This document shows, piece after piece, positions 40,055 to 53,470 of a stretch of 64,000 bases of DNA. This DNA is from Felis catus (taxonomy: Eukaryota). The notes under the pieces are model-generated. The model did no database searches and was not told where the DNA came from. It worked only from the letters and a program-made list of their open reading frames with translations. Where the stretch lies: the NCBI RefSeq assembly GCF_018350175.1, contig NC_058383.1, forward strand, positions 22,136,001 to 22,200,000. The letters are read 5' to 3'. Each line of letters opens with the position of its first letter. The first letter of the stretch is position 1. The position numbers were made by a program, and so were the translations under genes.

Positions 40055-40668
40055 GTGGTTATCATCTATTCATCTTTACCAGAGAACGATCGACCGAGAA
40101 CGACCGAGGGGCCTGATCATGATCCTTGCCCACCAGCACCAATGTCCGCTTCTCAACTAACTGTGGGTCCGTGCACTTACCAATGTGAAAGGGCAGGCAT
40201 AGTCAGGGACCCAAGACCCCGCTCCCATTCCCCAACTTCACTGGACACCTGCCGAAAGTCCAAAGCCAAACTGAGTCTCTCTTAACTCCTCTTGGTTACG
40301 CCCCTCATCCAAGGCGTCAACAAGTTTTGTCAGCTCTGCATTCAAGATGTATTCCCTCCCCGACGTCCTTCCTGACCTAAGCCACCATGCTCCTGAGTCT
40401 GGCCTCCTGAATTGTCTCCTAATTATTCCTTGCTCCCCCGCCCGCCCCCACCCCGACCACTTGTTCCCAACCAACACGCCCACTGTTTTCTACATACCCT
40501 AATGATGCTATAAAATGCAAGTGGGTCTGTGCTTACTCTGCCTTCCTAGGGTCTTCCTCTCCCCCCACTGCACTTAGGACTCTCCCCATAGATATGCTCA
40601 AGTTTACTCCCTCATCTCCTTGCAGAGGTCCTCCCTGACCACCTTCTCTAAATTAAAAAAGAACAACT

Positions 40669-40870
40669 TTTTTAATGATTATTTATTTTTGAGAGAAACA
40701 GAGTGTGAGCGGAGGAGGGGCAGAGAGAGAGGGAGACACAGAATCCGAAGCAGACTCCAGGCTCTGAACTGCCAGCACAGAGTCCAGCTTGGGGCTTGAA
40801 CTCACAAACTGCAAGATCATGACCTGAGCTGAAGTCAGATGCCTAACCAACTGAGCCACCCAGGTGCCAC
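40669..40870 (-). mobile_element. CanSINE
   Basis: SINEC in reverse. Confidence 0.9.
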
Positions 40871-41560
40871 TGACCACTCTCTCTAAAGTTACAGCCCAGT
40901 TTGTTATTCCTCATCCGCTTCCCCTTACTTTGTTTTTCTTCATAGTACTCACCACACCTGGCATTAGAGTCCTCTCTCTCTCTCCTTCCCTCCCTCCCTA
41001 GATGTAAGCTCTCTGAGAGCAATTATTTTGTTGACTTGTTTACTGTTGTACCCCCAACAGACACTCAAGGAATATTCATTGGATAAATGAATGGGAAAAA
41101 TCTGCATGAGGAGAAAATAGCTTCAAAAAACAAACAAAAACCCTAGCTCTGGGTCACTGGAGATCTCCAGTGACTTAGGTCTAAGCGTTGTTTAACTTAT
41201 ATATGGCCATATCTAACCCATATTTCACAAAGGAATTGAAGTGGCATTCAAGATTATATAACAGAAACAAGTGGATTTCATGATATGTGAATTATACTTC
41301 AATAAAGGTGGTTAAAAGCATTATACACTATAAAGTGTTTACAGTCTCTTTTTCTCTTCCTCCCTCCTCAGGTTCCTGGAGGCCAAAGCAACCAGAGACA
41401 CATGAAATCTAACACAAGTTCATATTTCCTTTAAGGAAAATCATTTTTTAAAGAGAAGAATAAGCTTTCCCTAGAACTTAAGTCTCAAAGAAATGTCTCG
41501 CATGGATCTTGAACTCATAGTGTTACGGTGGATGGTGTTCTTAACAACATCCCTACAACA

Positions 41561-41677
41561 GGGAAGGTGGAGGAAGGGGAGGAGGAGGAAGGGGAGGGGG
41601 AGAGGGAGGGGGAGAAGGCGAAAGGAGGAGAAGGGGGAGGGGAGGAGGGGGAGAGGGGAGGGGAGGAGGGGGGGAGA
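41561..41677. repeat. G-rich polypurine low-complexity tract
   Basis: About 115 bp, almost entirely G and A, with many GGG+ runs. Confidence 0.9.
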
Positions 41678-43608
41678 CCAAGCATCTAGCACTGTTGGAA
41701 CCTCCAAGCTGAACTAACACACTGGGATTAGGGAAAGACTTGAACTTGAACTCAAATGGTGCATCCAAAAGAGAAAGACAGAGACGGACTTGAGGCTCAT
41801 GGGGTCCCGAAAGTCCAACCTGGGAGAAGAGGATGGGTCAATAAGGTGCCTGAGCTGAGGTTGGCATGGGACAGGGAGAGAGAAGCAAGTTAACGCCGGG
41901 TGTATACGCCGTAGGCTCACTGTAGACCCCTGGCCCCCTCCTCTCCCACACCCACCACACAAGGGAGCAGGCTCGGGGGCAGGTCTTGGGTGGTGGTCTG
42001 CTGCAAGGTGTGCATCCTCCCTTATTTTAGGGTTCCATCTTTTCAGGGGTTCCCCTGCTCTCTGGGCTGTCTCCTGTGGGTTGCACCCAGCCCCACGGAG
42101 GCCAGCAGAGGGTACTTTAGATCAGCTCAGCTCTGATCTGAAGGCAGACGCTGCTCCTCCCCTCCCCACCCTTAGCCGGGGTCTGCCTTGCAGGCTGGCA
42201 CCAAGCTCCTGTTTCTCCAGGACGCACATTAGAATTCTCTGCGGAGCTTCCAGAAGCTGATGCCTGGGCCACAGTCCAGACCAATTAAATCAGAATCTTC
42301 TAAATATTGGGGGCCTTCTTGTGCCAGGCTTGGCCTGCCCGGGGGAGGACGCAGTGGTGGTTTGGCAGGCCATCAGGGTGGTGGTGTAATCAGGGGCTGG
42401 AGCACTGGGCAAACACTGTCCATCTGCCCCTCCCAAAGTGTTCACCCACTCAGGAGGAGGACTGTGAGAGAAATCTGGGTGCGGCTGCATTAGAAAATGA
42501 ACATTAGCTCCCGCATCCACATCTTCTAACATGACAGGGACGCTGACAAGCTCTTTGAGGTAAGAATGCGTCTGTGACACAGTCTGAAGAGCTGGAAGCT
42601 TTGCATCTAATTAGAATTGTGAGACCCCGGTGGTACAAGTTTGGCTCTGTAATCATGAATTTAAAGCCTGGCTCGGTCATGTGCTTGCTGTGTAATCGTG
42701 GGCGAATTACTCAACCTCTCTGAGTCTCAGTTCCCCCGCCCATGAAAGGGCCACAATGGCAGCTCGTCCCCCACAGGGCTGCTGTGAGAGCGAGTGACAT
42801 AACGCAGGTGACACTGGGCGCTCAGCGCCACAGCAAGCCACACTGTTAACGCGAAAGCAGAGTCAGGAAGAATAAAAGAGACGCTCCAACTCCCTCTATG
42901 GGGAGCATGGTTCTCTCTCCCTTTATCGGAAGGGACAAACAGAAAGGCAGAAGGCGAGCAGAAGCCACAGACCAAAATGTCTGCAAAATCAATCTCCCAG
43001 GAGATGTAATGCCAAGTCCGGAATGAAAGCCAGGTTCTACGTTCTGTGCTTAGAGATGGGGTGGGCACAAGCCCTCCCCAGGAGGCTAAGAGGACCCTCG
43101 GGGAGGTGAATGCTCAGTGCGGACAGGGCTTCCCTGTGAAATCAGCAGAGCCTCTGTCAGCACCCAAAGTTCTGAACGAGGGAGGACGATATGCCTGGCC
43201 TCCAGGCCTTCATCGATCGGTCTGTTGTGGCATGCGGATGTGCCGGCGTCCGCCCTCTGACTGGGCTAGGGATAAAGACTTGGCTTGAGCCACTCAACCC
43301 TTGGTAACCAGAGGCCTGGAGTGTGGGGCAGATCCATTCCAACTGAGCGATCTTAGAGCATGCTGGATGTGGGAGCAACATGTAGACAAGAGTCCATCAG
43401 TCCATGGGGCCACGAGGATGACTCCATGGCATAAGGCATGTGAAGAGCTCAACAGAGAGAAAGAACAGAAGGTGCCATGTTCATCATGGCCGATGAATTG
43501 TTAGCCTTTGAGGCTTTCCCGATCTTCAACTTTCACTGGACAAGAAGATGTCCTAACATGCTCTAGGTTACCCTCAGGGCCCCGAGTTTGATTCTACAAA
43601 GTGCGTTC

Positions 43609-43838
43609 TTTTTTTTTTTTTTTTAATTTTTTTTTTTAACATTTATTTATTTTTGAGACAGAGAGAGACAGAGCATGAACGGGGGAGGGTCAGAGAGAGG
43701 GAGACACAGAATCCGAAGCAGGCTCCAGGCTCTGAGCTGTCAGCACAGAGCCCGACGCGGGGCTTGAACCCATGGACCGTGAGATCATGACCTGAGCCGA
43801 AGTCGGCCGCTTAACCGACTGAGCCACCCAGGCGCCCC
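43609..43838 (-). mobile_element. CanSINE (SINEC_Fc)
   Basis: Near consensus. TSD tctacaaagtg(cg/ta)ttctt. Confidence 0.95.
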
Positions 43839-44284
43839 TCTACAAAGTGTATTCTTATCGTTCAAACTTCGGATCAAGTTTTCTAAGCACGTATGTCCAC
43901 ACATACTGTGCGCTTAAATTTTATTTTTAATGGTGGTCACATTAACCAAATATGAAGTCATGTGGGTTGGGGGAATCAAATGCCTTTGCCTCTAGCCACA
44001 AACAGGAAGTCAACAGTGTAGAAATGATTTCTGGCAACTGGGGAGACTTGTTAATTGAAGAAGTACTTCAGAAAAAATGGAAAAGTGATACAGCGGGGAA
44101 AAGATGTTAATTGGGAGTTAATAGTGTGGATCTGGGTAGGACTTGGTGGGTACAATCTTCAAGTTGGACGAACAAAAAATAAGAACAGTGACACTCAGCA
44201 CGCAGATCAACTCCGATGATACAACTTGGTTATTTCATGATTTATTATGTAAGGCTTTCTGTATTTAAAATAAAATCTCTTTAT

Positions 44285-44615
44285 ATGGTTACATATGTAT
44301 GATTCCAACTATATGACATTCTGGAAAAGGCAAAACCATGGAGACAGTGAAAAGATCAGTGGTTGCTAGGGGGTAGGGGGGCGGGAGGGATGAATAGGCA
44401 GAACGCAGAGGATTTTTAGGGCAGTGAAACTATTCTGTATGATACTATAACGGTGGATACATGTCATTATACATTTGTCCAAACCCACAGAATGTACAAC
44501 GCGAAGGGTGAATCCTAATGTAAACTGTGGACGTTGGGTGATAATGACGTGTCAACACAGGCTCATCAATGGTAATGAATGCACCACTGTAGTGGGGGAC
44601 ATTGATAATGGGGGA
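44285..44615 (+). mobile_element. Old L1 (L1MB/MC-like) 3'UTR fragment
   Basis: tgtatgattccaactatatgacattctggaaaaggcaaaaccatggagacagtgaaaagatcagtggttgc... Confidence 0.8.
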
Positions 44616-45621
44616 GATCAGCCAAAATTTCAGGTCAGAGTTTGGGTTAACAGGTGTTAAGATTTAAGCCTTTCAAAACGATGTCATGAGACACCTCAGA
44701 TTTAATCAAGTTGAACTATTGCCCACTAGCAGAGAGAGCCGGAGGAAGTGTGAAAGGAAGTTTAGAATGGAGGTAGTTTTAGCCGAGTCATCTCTGGGCT
44801 TGCTATTGTTAAGCAAATGTCACTACACCGAGGAAGGAATGACTCACAGCCAATGCTGGGGACAGGGGGGCAGAGGGGGATAAGGAGATTGGAACCTCAT
44901 ATGCCTAGCTCCTATGTTTTCAATGAAGACGTTTAGTTGGATTTCATTTAAAAATTTTCTTTAATTGTTTGATTGGGTTGTCCTAAGAAACGCAAAAATT
45001 TCAAAACCCTGGGCTATATCACTCCTAATTACTGATATCATAGAATCGGTTAATGATAACTGATAGGTATCAACTCCAGTTATCGTAGCGTTCTTTTGAG
45101 CCAAAATCAATGCTGGCGATATGTATGCTTAGTCAATTTTCTTTGAATCATGTGTTACAACTGACAAAGGTAGATGGTTAAAATAAAAGCAGATTTCATT
45201 TGACTGTTTTTTCACACGGTTCCCCAGGGAAAGCAAACCAGTAACTGATGCCTTTTACCGAAAGAAAATGCAATGAAACCCTTAAGGGTCTGTCATCGAT
45301 TTGAACAATTAGGTTGCACAAAGGAAGCCTGTTTTCTCTCTAATCTGATCTGCCCTATGTGCGCAAGCCTTCCTTTGCTGGTGGTGTTCTAGGTTAATGG
45401 AGAACGGGCTTCCTCCAAGGCAGAAATGGAGCACTTGGAGGGCAGCTGGCCATGTGGCTTAGTGGTTATGCATTCAGGAGACGGACCCCCTGGGTTTGAT
45501 CCTGCATTCACTGTCTGCGTAAATCTGCAAGTCTCTTGTCTGTCTCAGCCTCTACTTCCTCATCTGTGAAATGGAGCTATCAATAGTACCCACCTTGTAA
45601 GATCGTTGTAAAGTTTAAAAA

Positions 45622-45837
45622 TTTTTTTTTAACATTTTCTTTATTTTTGAGAGAGAGAGAGAGAGAGACAGAATGAGCAGGGGAGGGGCAGAGAGACAGG
45701 GAGACACAGACTCCAAAGCAGGCTTCAGGCTCTGAGCCATCAGCACAGAGCCCAATGTGGGGCTCAAACTCACGAGCCGTAAGATATGACCTGAGCCGAA
45801 GTCCGACGCTTAACCGACTGAGCCACCCAGGAGCCCC
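45622..45837 (-). mobile_element. CanSINE inserted in a MIR
   Basis: SINEC in reverse. The flanks read as MIR core (cttcctcatctgtgaaatgg...taaatgagcaatgcata). Confidence 0.9.
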
Positions 45838-48800
45838 AAATTGCTGTCACATTTAAATGAGCAATGCATACAAAACATTTAGACAAGTTCTCAATGCTCA
45901 GAATATATTATCAATCTCTGCAGTGGTTTTCAATGAGGTTTTGGGCAGGAGGGGGGGTTGAAACACACTATGTCTAATCGTATTCACTATCCATATTTGT
46001 GCATGCCACATTTTTACCCTGGGTGTTGGGCAATTATAACCTACAGGTTTCTGCTATTATGTTTGTTGTAGAAAAAAATTATGGGTTATGCTGTTAGAAA
46101 CCCGGGATTCATCTTAACAGGACTGTGGATTTCTGAAACAGCACATAAAGATGCAGTTGACATGGCTATGCAGAGAGTAGCAGGAGCCGTGACAGCACAG
46201 TAATTGGACCAGTGGCCATGAATTATCACCTGAGACACAGTTTCCATGCTAATAGCCTCTAGCTGGCCCTTCAACAGCAGAAGTAGAATTCACTTCGTAT
46301 TATTTTTCCCAAAGAGTCAGGCAACACGTTCAAGAATGTACAGGCTTAACAGCAACTCCCACTTTGGTCTGTGTATCAGACAGGACAGTTATTTCCTTCC
46401 TTCTCTTAGAGAAACTGCCCAAACCCCCTCTGCTTCTCAGAGAGCCTGTTTCTGTTTTCCTTCCTGATGGATGGCTGGCAAAGCGACCTCTCCCCATGGC
46501 CACGGATCATCGGGATCCCTGTGCCATACTGGCCCATCAGATTCTCTTTCCTGGGATTTTAAAATTCTAGGATAGTCCAGATGTGAGAAATAGATATTGA
46601 GAACTGAGGAGTGACACAGGCTGGTGCATATCCACAGAGAGAGACATTAGCAAGAAGCAGGGATGACAGACTGGGGCCCCCAAGATGGAGGCCATGTTGT
46701 GGGTTTCCTGGAAGAAGCTTCCTTGTTCTGGCTGTACTTCCTCCCTTTGGGTATTGATGAGAGACACAGAAACAGGCACGTCTTTCTAATAAGCACCCCC
46801 TTTGCTCACTCTGGCTTGACCATCTACTTGTAGCAGAGCAGAGGCTTATAAAATTTGAATTCCAGAGATCTCATTTGCCTTGATATAATCAATTTTGTTG
46901 GGGGAAAATGGACCCCTCTAATTTCTTGTTCTGTAATGGACTCTCTTCTGAGGAGTGGAGGTAAGGGCTGTAGAACAGCAGCAAGTCATTTCACGGAGGA
47001 GAGCCGTGGAAAAATCAGGAAGGTGGAAGGACCTCACCATGATTTGGGAAGATGAGTTGGCAAAAACATGCTGCCATCAGAATTGCATTTGAAAACGGCT
47101 GGGGGCTGGGAGGAAGGTGCCATAATTGGGATAGAACCAGAGAGAAGGCAGGAATCCAAGATCAGACAGCAAATGTCAAAAGGTTCTCTGGAAGAGGATT
47201 AAGGGAACAGGTAGCAAAGACTTTGAGCTATCTGTGAACCATATGATAAAGGAGCTCACCATATGGCGCAAGAAGATAGCAAAGCAGGTTCAAGGAAAGG
47301 AAAGTGCTTTTGTCTGTAGGATTATATAACCACATCTAATGCATGTACGTGTATGTGTGCGTGTGACTCCATACCACTAATGAGATTAAAATTAGGATAG
47401 ACTCCTACATCAGGAGCTCCAAGACTTAGGAAAGGCCTTTGTTACGGGTTTGAACTAAACTGCCTTTTCATTCCCTCATGCCATTTCTTCCTGTGTTAAC
47501 TCAGCGCAGTGGCTGGTTCCAGCAGAAGACGCTGTAGTCTGGGGCTCGGAGCTCTGGATTGCTCTCTTGTGCACGAACCCAGAGCTCACGCTAGCTAAGC
47601 GTGCTGGTGGCTTTCAGGGAGACAAGCCTTGACGTTGCTGAGGATGCAGTGCTAGGGGGCGAGTGCTGGCAACCGGCACCCACTATAGCAGGCAAACTAA
47701 GCACAGAGCTGGGGTTGGGGGCACAATCTTTTTAGGGGCTCGTGAGAGCGTCTTAATTTCTCTTAAAATCACAAGAAAAAATGGGCTTTTAGGTTAAAGA
47801 AAAATGCTTTAACTTATTATATTAATATATTCGTCCTTATACCAATGCAATCACATAAGGCATCATTTTTAACTTTTTTTCCACAGCAGGAGGGACCCAC
47901 AAATGTCATTGTGCAGCTCCCTAGCAGTTCTGAAGCTGCCATTTCAAATAAAGACAAGACCAGCAGGTTGGGGGAGATGAGTGGACCCCAAAGCAGAGGC
48001 AAAATCTGTCCGAGATGGGAAGTTGTAACTAGAATCACAAGATCTACTTTCAAATCCTGGCCCTGCCTCCTTCCCGCTGTGTGGTGTTGGGGAGGCCACT
48101 CAACCTCTCTGATTTACAATTTCCATGTAAGTATAATAGGGTTCATGTCAGTAACTACCCCACAGGGCTCAGGGGAGAGTTCGTATGATGTAATGCATGT
48201 AAATCCGTAGCATGGTCCCAGGCAATTCATACGAGGTCAGTCAAAGTTGGAGGCAATGGGGATGGGGTGTGTGGAATTGTAGAGGTAGGACAGGTGAAAG
48301 GGTGGGTGCAGGTTAGAAGAAATGGAGGTTGGGGGCTGAAAGGAAGCCAGCTGAGGAGTTACCACACACACTAGAGATGCCTCCCGGACCTGGAGGATCC
48401 CACCAGCTGAGACCCTCAGAGTAGGGAGAAGGCCAGGGGCTGGAAGCGGGGAGTCCATTGTCATGAGCCTGCTCAGGAATCCCTGCAATGGCTCACAGGT
48501 CCCATGAGCATCTGCACACAGGTAGGTGATTGACAGGCGCAGTGATGAGGGAGGGCAGGCAATCTGGAGCCTTCCGTCACCACGGGCATGCAGTTTGTCT
48601 AATGGCCGAGGCTCAAAGTAAAACCAAGGCACGTAAACTCTGCTTACACTCAGAGGGAAAAAGAAGAGTGGGAAATGAGAAAATAAGAGGGAAAGCTGTT
48701 AACCTTCTAATATATGCCCGAGGTATCCCACTGTTGGGACCAGGAATGCGAGATCGCATGCATCTAAACCAAACCCGGTCTGTCAAATGCCAATGACTAG

Positions 48801-50554
48801 CTATGTGACTTTAGCAAGTTATTTTAACTTTCTGTCTCTCATTTCCTCATCTGTAAGACAGAGATAACAGCAGCCACATTATAGCATAAGTGTGAGTGAA
48901 TACATGCAAAGCCCTTACAACAGAGCCTGGCGTATAGGAAGGACTCAATTGTTAGGTGGTATCATCACCATCACCACCACTGCCACAGAATATATGTTCC
49001 ATGAGGGCAGATGTTTATCTCTGTTTTGTTCACATCCATTTCCTCTTCACCTAGAAGAGTACCTGGCACATAGTAGATGCTTAATAAATACTTGTTCGAA
49101 TGAGGGAATCCTTAATTATGCCTGTTGGTGAGGAGTTTATAAAAGTGATGACTTCTCCTTGGGATGGGGTATGGATTCCAATCTCGGCCCCAGTTCCTGT
49201 CCCTCATGTCTGCCCTCTGCTGTCGTAAGCAGCCACCATGCCTTGTGTTTAGATGTGGGGAGTAAGGAGCCAGGAGATCACTGATAAAAACTGGGAGGCA
49301 GGTGTTTCAGAATTTGCTGAGGGTAGAAGTCACAGTTCAAAAGGACAGGGCACAGGTGGTGGGTAGGGAGTGGAGGCAGCAAATCTCAAAAGAGTAGTTT
49401 CATTCTCTGGATATATTTGGTGAGGAAAGGACCCAGAGGGATGGTCAAGATCACAGGAAAGATTTTTGAGGGTACAGGAAATGTTGAGCATGCTTCTCAT
49501 CTAACAGAAAGGACATGGGGAACAGAGAAGATCAGACACTTTCTGTACCTTCCAGATATTCACTGAAAAAGGAAGCAAAAGACCTCATGTTCTTAAAAAT
49601 AACAATAGTAATTGAAGTGCCAAATCGTTGTGTGAATGTAAGATCTTTAAGACAGTTTTTCACAAAACATGACACTTGTACCATCAGCAATACAAGGACA
49701 AAAGTATTTTTCTTTCAATAAGTTTTCCTAAAACATAGTAGAGTAAATATACAAGTGGTAGATCAAGTCTGTGACTTTATATATATCATTGTTTAAGGGC
49801 AATGCTAAGAGAAGAAAACAAAGTCAACTAAATCCATTTAAAGAAAAAAATTTAAGATAGTAAGGAGGTATGTACATGCCCCCCCCCCAAAAAACCCTAA
49901 ACAAGTGCATGAATAAGAGAATATTTGGGAAACATGGCCAAGGCTACATTCAACTCTGTTCTACAGTCTGCATTTTGAGCTAAAGGAATTAGCATCAGCA
50001 CCTTGGAGAGTGGCACACAAGTTCTAAGTCTCTAGGGGTACCTTATGGGAAGGCGCCATGGCCTAATCCTCAACAGTCTCCTTAGTGACACTCAGGCAGT
50101 AACGTCACCAACCTCTTGGGCATTATTCTAGCGAAGTCAGGCATTTGGCGAGGACACTGAATGGTGTCTCATCTCTCAGTTTTTTTTATTTTTAAACCTT
50201 CTTAGATGCATATAGAGCAACGGACCTGGATGGGACCTTTTGAAGATAGAAGTGTTATACCTGGGCACCCAGTTTCTATGGACTTCCCACTTTTTCCTTT
50301 TAATTTCATAAGCTGCTGACTTCTTCCTACTTAATTTATTCCTGGCTTATGCTATGCTTCAGGAAAAGCAGCACCAACACCTGGCATGTTCCATGATTCG
50401 AACACAAGGAAATGTCACCAAAAAGAGGAGCTTGATGGTTTTTTGTTTGTGGCGCATGATAAGCCGGGAGTTCTGAGGGCAAAAGTCAGAAAGTCTCTTG
50501 TGTCCCCAAGAAAGATTCCATCCAGAGCTGAAAAGTAGGCTGATGCCACTAGCT

Positions 50555-50930
50555 TTCCACCAAAATTGTTCTCCCGGCCTCCCTTGTACAGAGGCATGGC
50601 CATGTGACTAAATTCTCTCTAATAGAGTGTAGGCAGAAGTGATCGGTGTCACTTCCAAAGCAAGGCTTTTAAGAAGCAGCTTGTGCCTCCCCCATACTTC
50701 TCCCCCTCCGCCCTCTGAATGTAGACAAAAAAACAAGGCAGGAGAAATTAATGGAGTCATGTAAGACGGAAGGAACCTGGGTCCCTTAATCACCATATGG
50801 AGAGAGTGGGTGAGGTCAGGAACACCCATCTCAGACTATTACACGAACGGAAATTGAACTTCCTTCATGTCTGAGCTAGTGTACATTTGGGGGTCTATTT
50901 GTTACAGCAGTCGAATCCACCCTAACTCAT
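50555..50930 (+). mobile_element. MaLR LTR (MLT1H-like)
   Basis: ggccatgtgactaaattct...gcagaagtgat...cacttcca...gaaggaacctgggtccctta...tttggggtctatttgttacagcag. Confidence 0.65.
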
Positions 50931-52548
50931 GAAGGAGCTCAGGTACCTTGGCCACCACACAGGTCAGCCAAGCCTGGCTTGAGGGTGGGGTCAAGAAGAG
51001 GAGACCTTCTGAGATTTTCATTTACTCCCCCATCGCCGTTTTGTGAAGCTCACTTAACTCATCCTTTAGGTACAGCCCAAGACCCGCTTTCTCACGGAAG
51101 CCTTTGCTGACTTCCAATGAGGGCCAAGCCCACTCCCGCGAGCTCTCACAGTGCACATCAAACATCACAGTTGCACGTCACGTGTATCAGTGTGATTTCT
51201 TGACTAATGTTTATACCTCCACTGCATTTTAAAGTATGCACTTTTCAGAACTCATAGAATGACACGCTACTTGGTGCATTTTGTTGTATGTAAATTTCAC
51301 CTTAAAAATTACCAAAAACAAATACTGAACTCTGGTTAAATGGCATGTATGCTGAAGAATTTAGGGGTAAAGTATACCAGTGTCTGCAACTTGCTTTTAA
51401 GTGCATTAAAAATGGGTTGACAGAAAGACGGATGGATGGATAGATGTGTGATGAGGCAGAACCAGTCAAATGCTGTTGTAGAATCTCGGTAGTGGGTATT
51501 AAGGATCTTCACTGTACAATTCTTTCAACCGTGCTATATTCAAAAATTGTTTTTCCCACAATAAGATACTGGGGAAAAAGTTCAATGAGAGCAGGGACCA
51601 TGAGTACATTACATGAAAAGAATTGTTCTGTGTATATTATATATTTTTAATCATAATATTCTATGATTTGTTTCTGTTTAAATTGATATTATGTCATGGA
51701 CATCTTTCCATGATGACAGGCAGGCAGGCAGACAAAGAGAGACCTCGTTCTTTTGAATATATCATGGATATACTATAATACGTTTAACTTTCACGTTATT
51801 GAACTATTTTCATTTTTCTCTATTACCAATCATTTCCCATGATTTCCAATCATTTCCCATAGACTTTTGTGTTGCTGGGTTTGAGCTTCTTTATGTTACG
51901 TCTACATTCACCACAGCGTACATCTGCCTCCCTTGCTCCCCACCCCAACTAGCACAGGAGTCCATAGGCAAGAGTCAGGAGTATAACAGAGAAAGGAGTC
52001 TCCACTCAAACATCTCAGCATAACTTTTCAAAAAAGATTTGGGTCCTACAGATCACTACCACAAGCACATCTGAAGTCTTAGAGGGCAGGCGATGCTGGC
52101 CTCAGTTAAATGTTTGTTGTGGCCACATTTGAGGGTTAGAAGAATCAAGTTTGTAATGTACAGAGTTGTACTGGTGCTGTGTCCATTCTCTATCAGGTAC
52201 CTGCTGTCTTTCTCTTATAAGGTCCACTCATGCAATCCATCTGGGCAGTGCACAGCTGCCCAATTTATAGAGCTGGAGAATAATTTTATCTCCAGTGATC
52301 CCTTGACAACCACAGAGGTTAAATTCTTACAAAGTGTAGTGGTTGGTAAAGCAGAGAACTCACAGATGAAAGGAATCATGGAAAACAGAGAATCAAACTC
52401 ACCGTAAGGAAAAAAAAAATTTATGGATGGGGACGGACGTTAGCTAGACTTCACCGCGGTGGTCATTTCACAATATATACAAATATCGAATCATTAGTTG
52501 GTATACCTGGAGCTAATAAAATGGTATATGGTGATTATACCTCAATAA

Positions 52549-52597
52549 GAATGAATGCATGAATGAATGAATGAATGAATGAATGAGTGAATGAATA
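52549..52597. repeat. (GAAT)n tetranucleotide repeat at the tail of an old L1 fragment
   Basis: Read directly. Confidence 0.85.
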
Positions 52598-53090
52598 AAA
52601 TAGAGCATGAAGGATAAAACTAGAAAAACAAACATCAAATAGTAAATGAGTAATAGATTTGAAATGCTCTGTTACAAAAGTTCCAGAAGGCATCTATCTC
52701 CAAGTAAGCCAAATGTGCCAAGAAGCCCTGCTTAGCAAGACAGCCCTTGCAGGTAAACACTCCCACCTGTTCAGGAAAGTAAACTCCAGACTGTTCTCTT
52801 TTTCAGAGTTTTTGAAACAGGGCTTACTCGTTTGGAACTCAGTGGCCTTCCCACTTGCTTTGTCATTTGTTTTATTTACACAGGTCTTAGCAAAAGGCAT
52901 GTGTCACTCCCTAGCTGCCCCACAAATTATGACAGTGCTTAAGAGCACATTTTTCTGGGCCGGATCTGATACGGTGGACCTGGGAGAGGAGAGGTGTGAA
53001 GGCATCACCTCAAAGACCGATGCCTTCCATCTTTGGAAGAGGAAGACCAACGAGCATGCTGTGTCGTTCTGTTTCAGTGGGTTGACCTAT

Positions 53091-53259
53091 GGGGTGCCCC
53101 GCGTCAGACTCTGTGCTGACAGCTCAGAGCCTGGAGCCTGCTTTGGATTCTGTGTCTCCTTCTCTCTCTGCCCCTCCCCTACTCACAATCTGTCTTTCTC
53201 TCTCCCTCTCTCCCTCTCTCTCTCTCAAAAATAAATAAACATTAAAACAATTTTTTTAA
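53091..53259 (+). mobile_element. CanSINE missing most of its tRNA-derived head
   Basis: ggggtgcc joins directly to ccgcgtcagactctgtgctgacagc. TSD ggg(a)ttgacctat. Confidence 0.9.
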
Positions 53260-53311
53260 GGGGATTGACCTATACACCTGACAAGATTGCAACTGTCAAA
53301 AGTAGGCATTC

Positions 53312-53470
53312 AGGGACACCTGGGTGGCTCTGTCAGATTTCGGCTCAGGTCACGATCCCAGGGTTGAGGGATCAAGCCCCGCGTCAAGTTCTGTGCTGAC
53401 AGCATGCAGCCTGCTTGGGATTCTCTCTCTCTCCCTCTCTCTGTCTGCCCGCCCCAAATAAGTAAAAAAG
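53312..53470 (+). mobile_element. CanSINE (older, degenerate)
   Basis: SINEC-like head and (CT)n tract. Confidence 0.8.

Noticed and set aside
52659..53234. 191-aa ORF on the + strand
   Set aside because: Non-ATG start, ends inside a SINE, and has no domain similarity.
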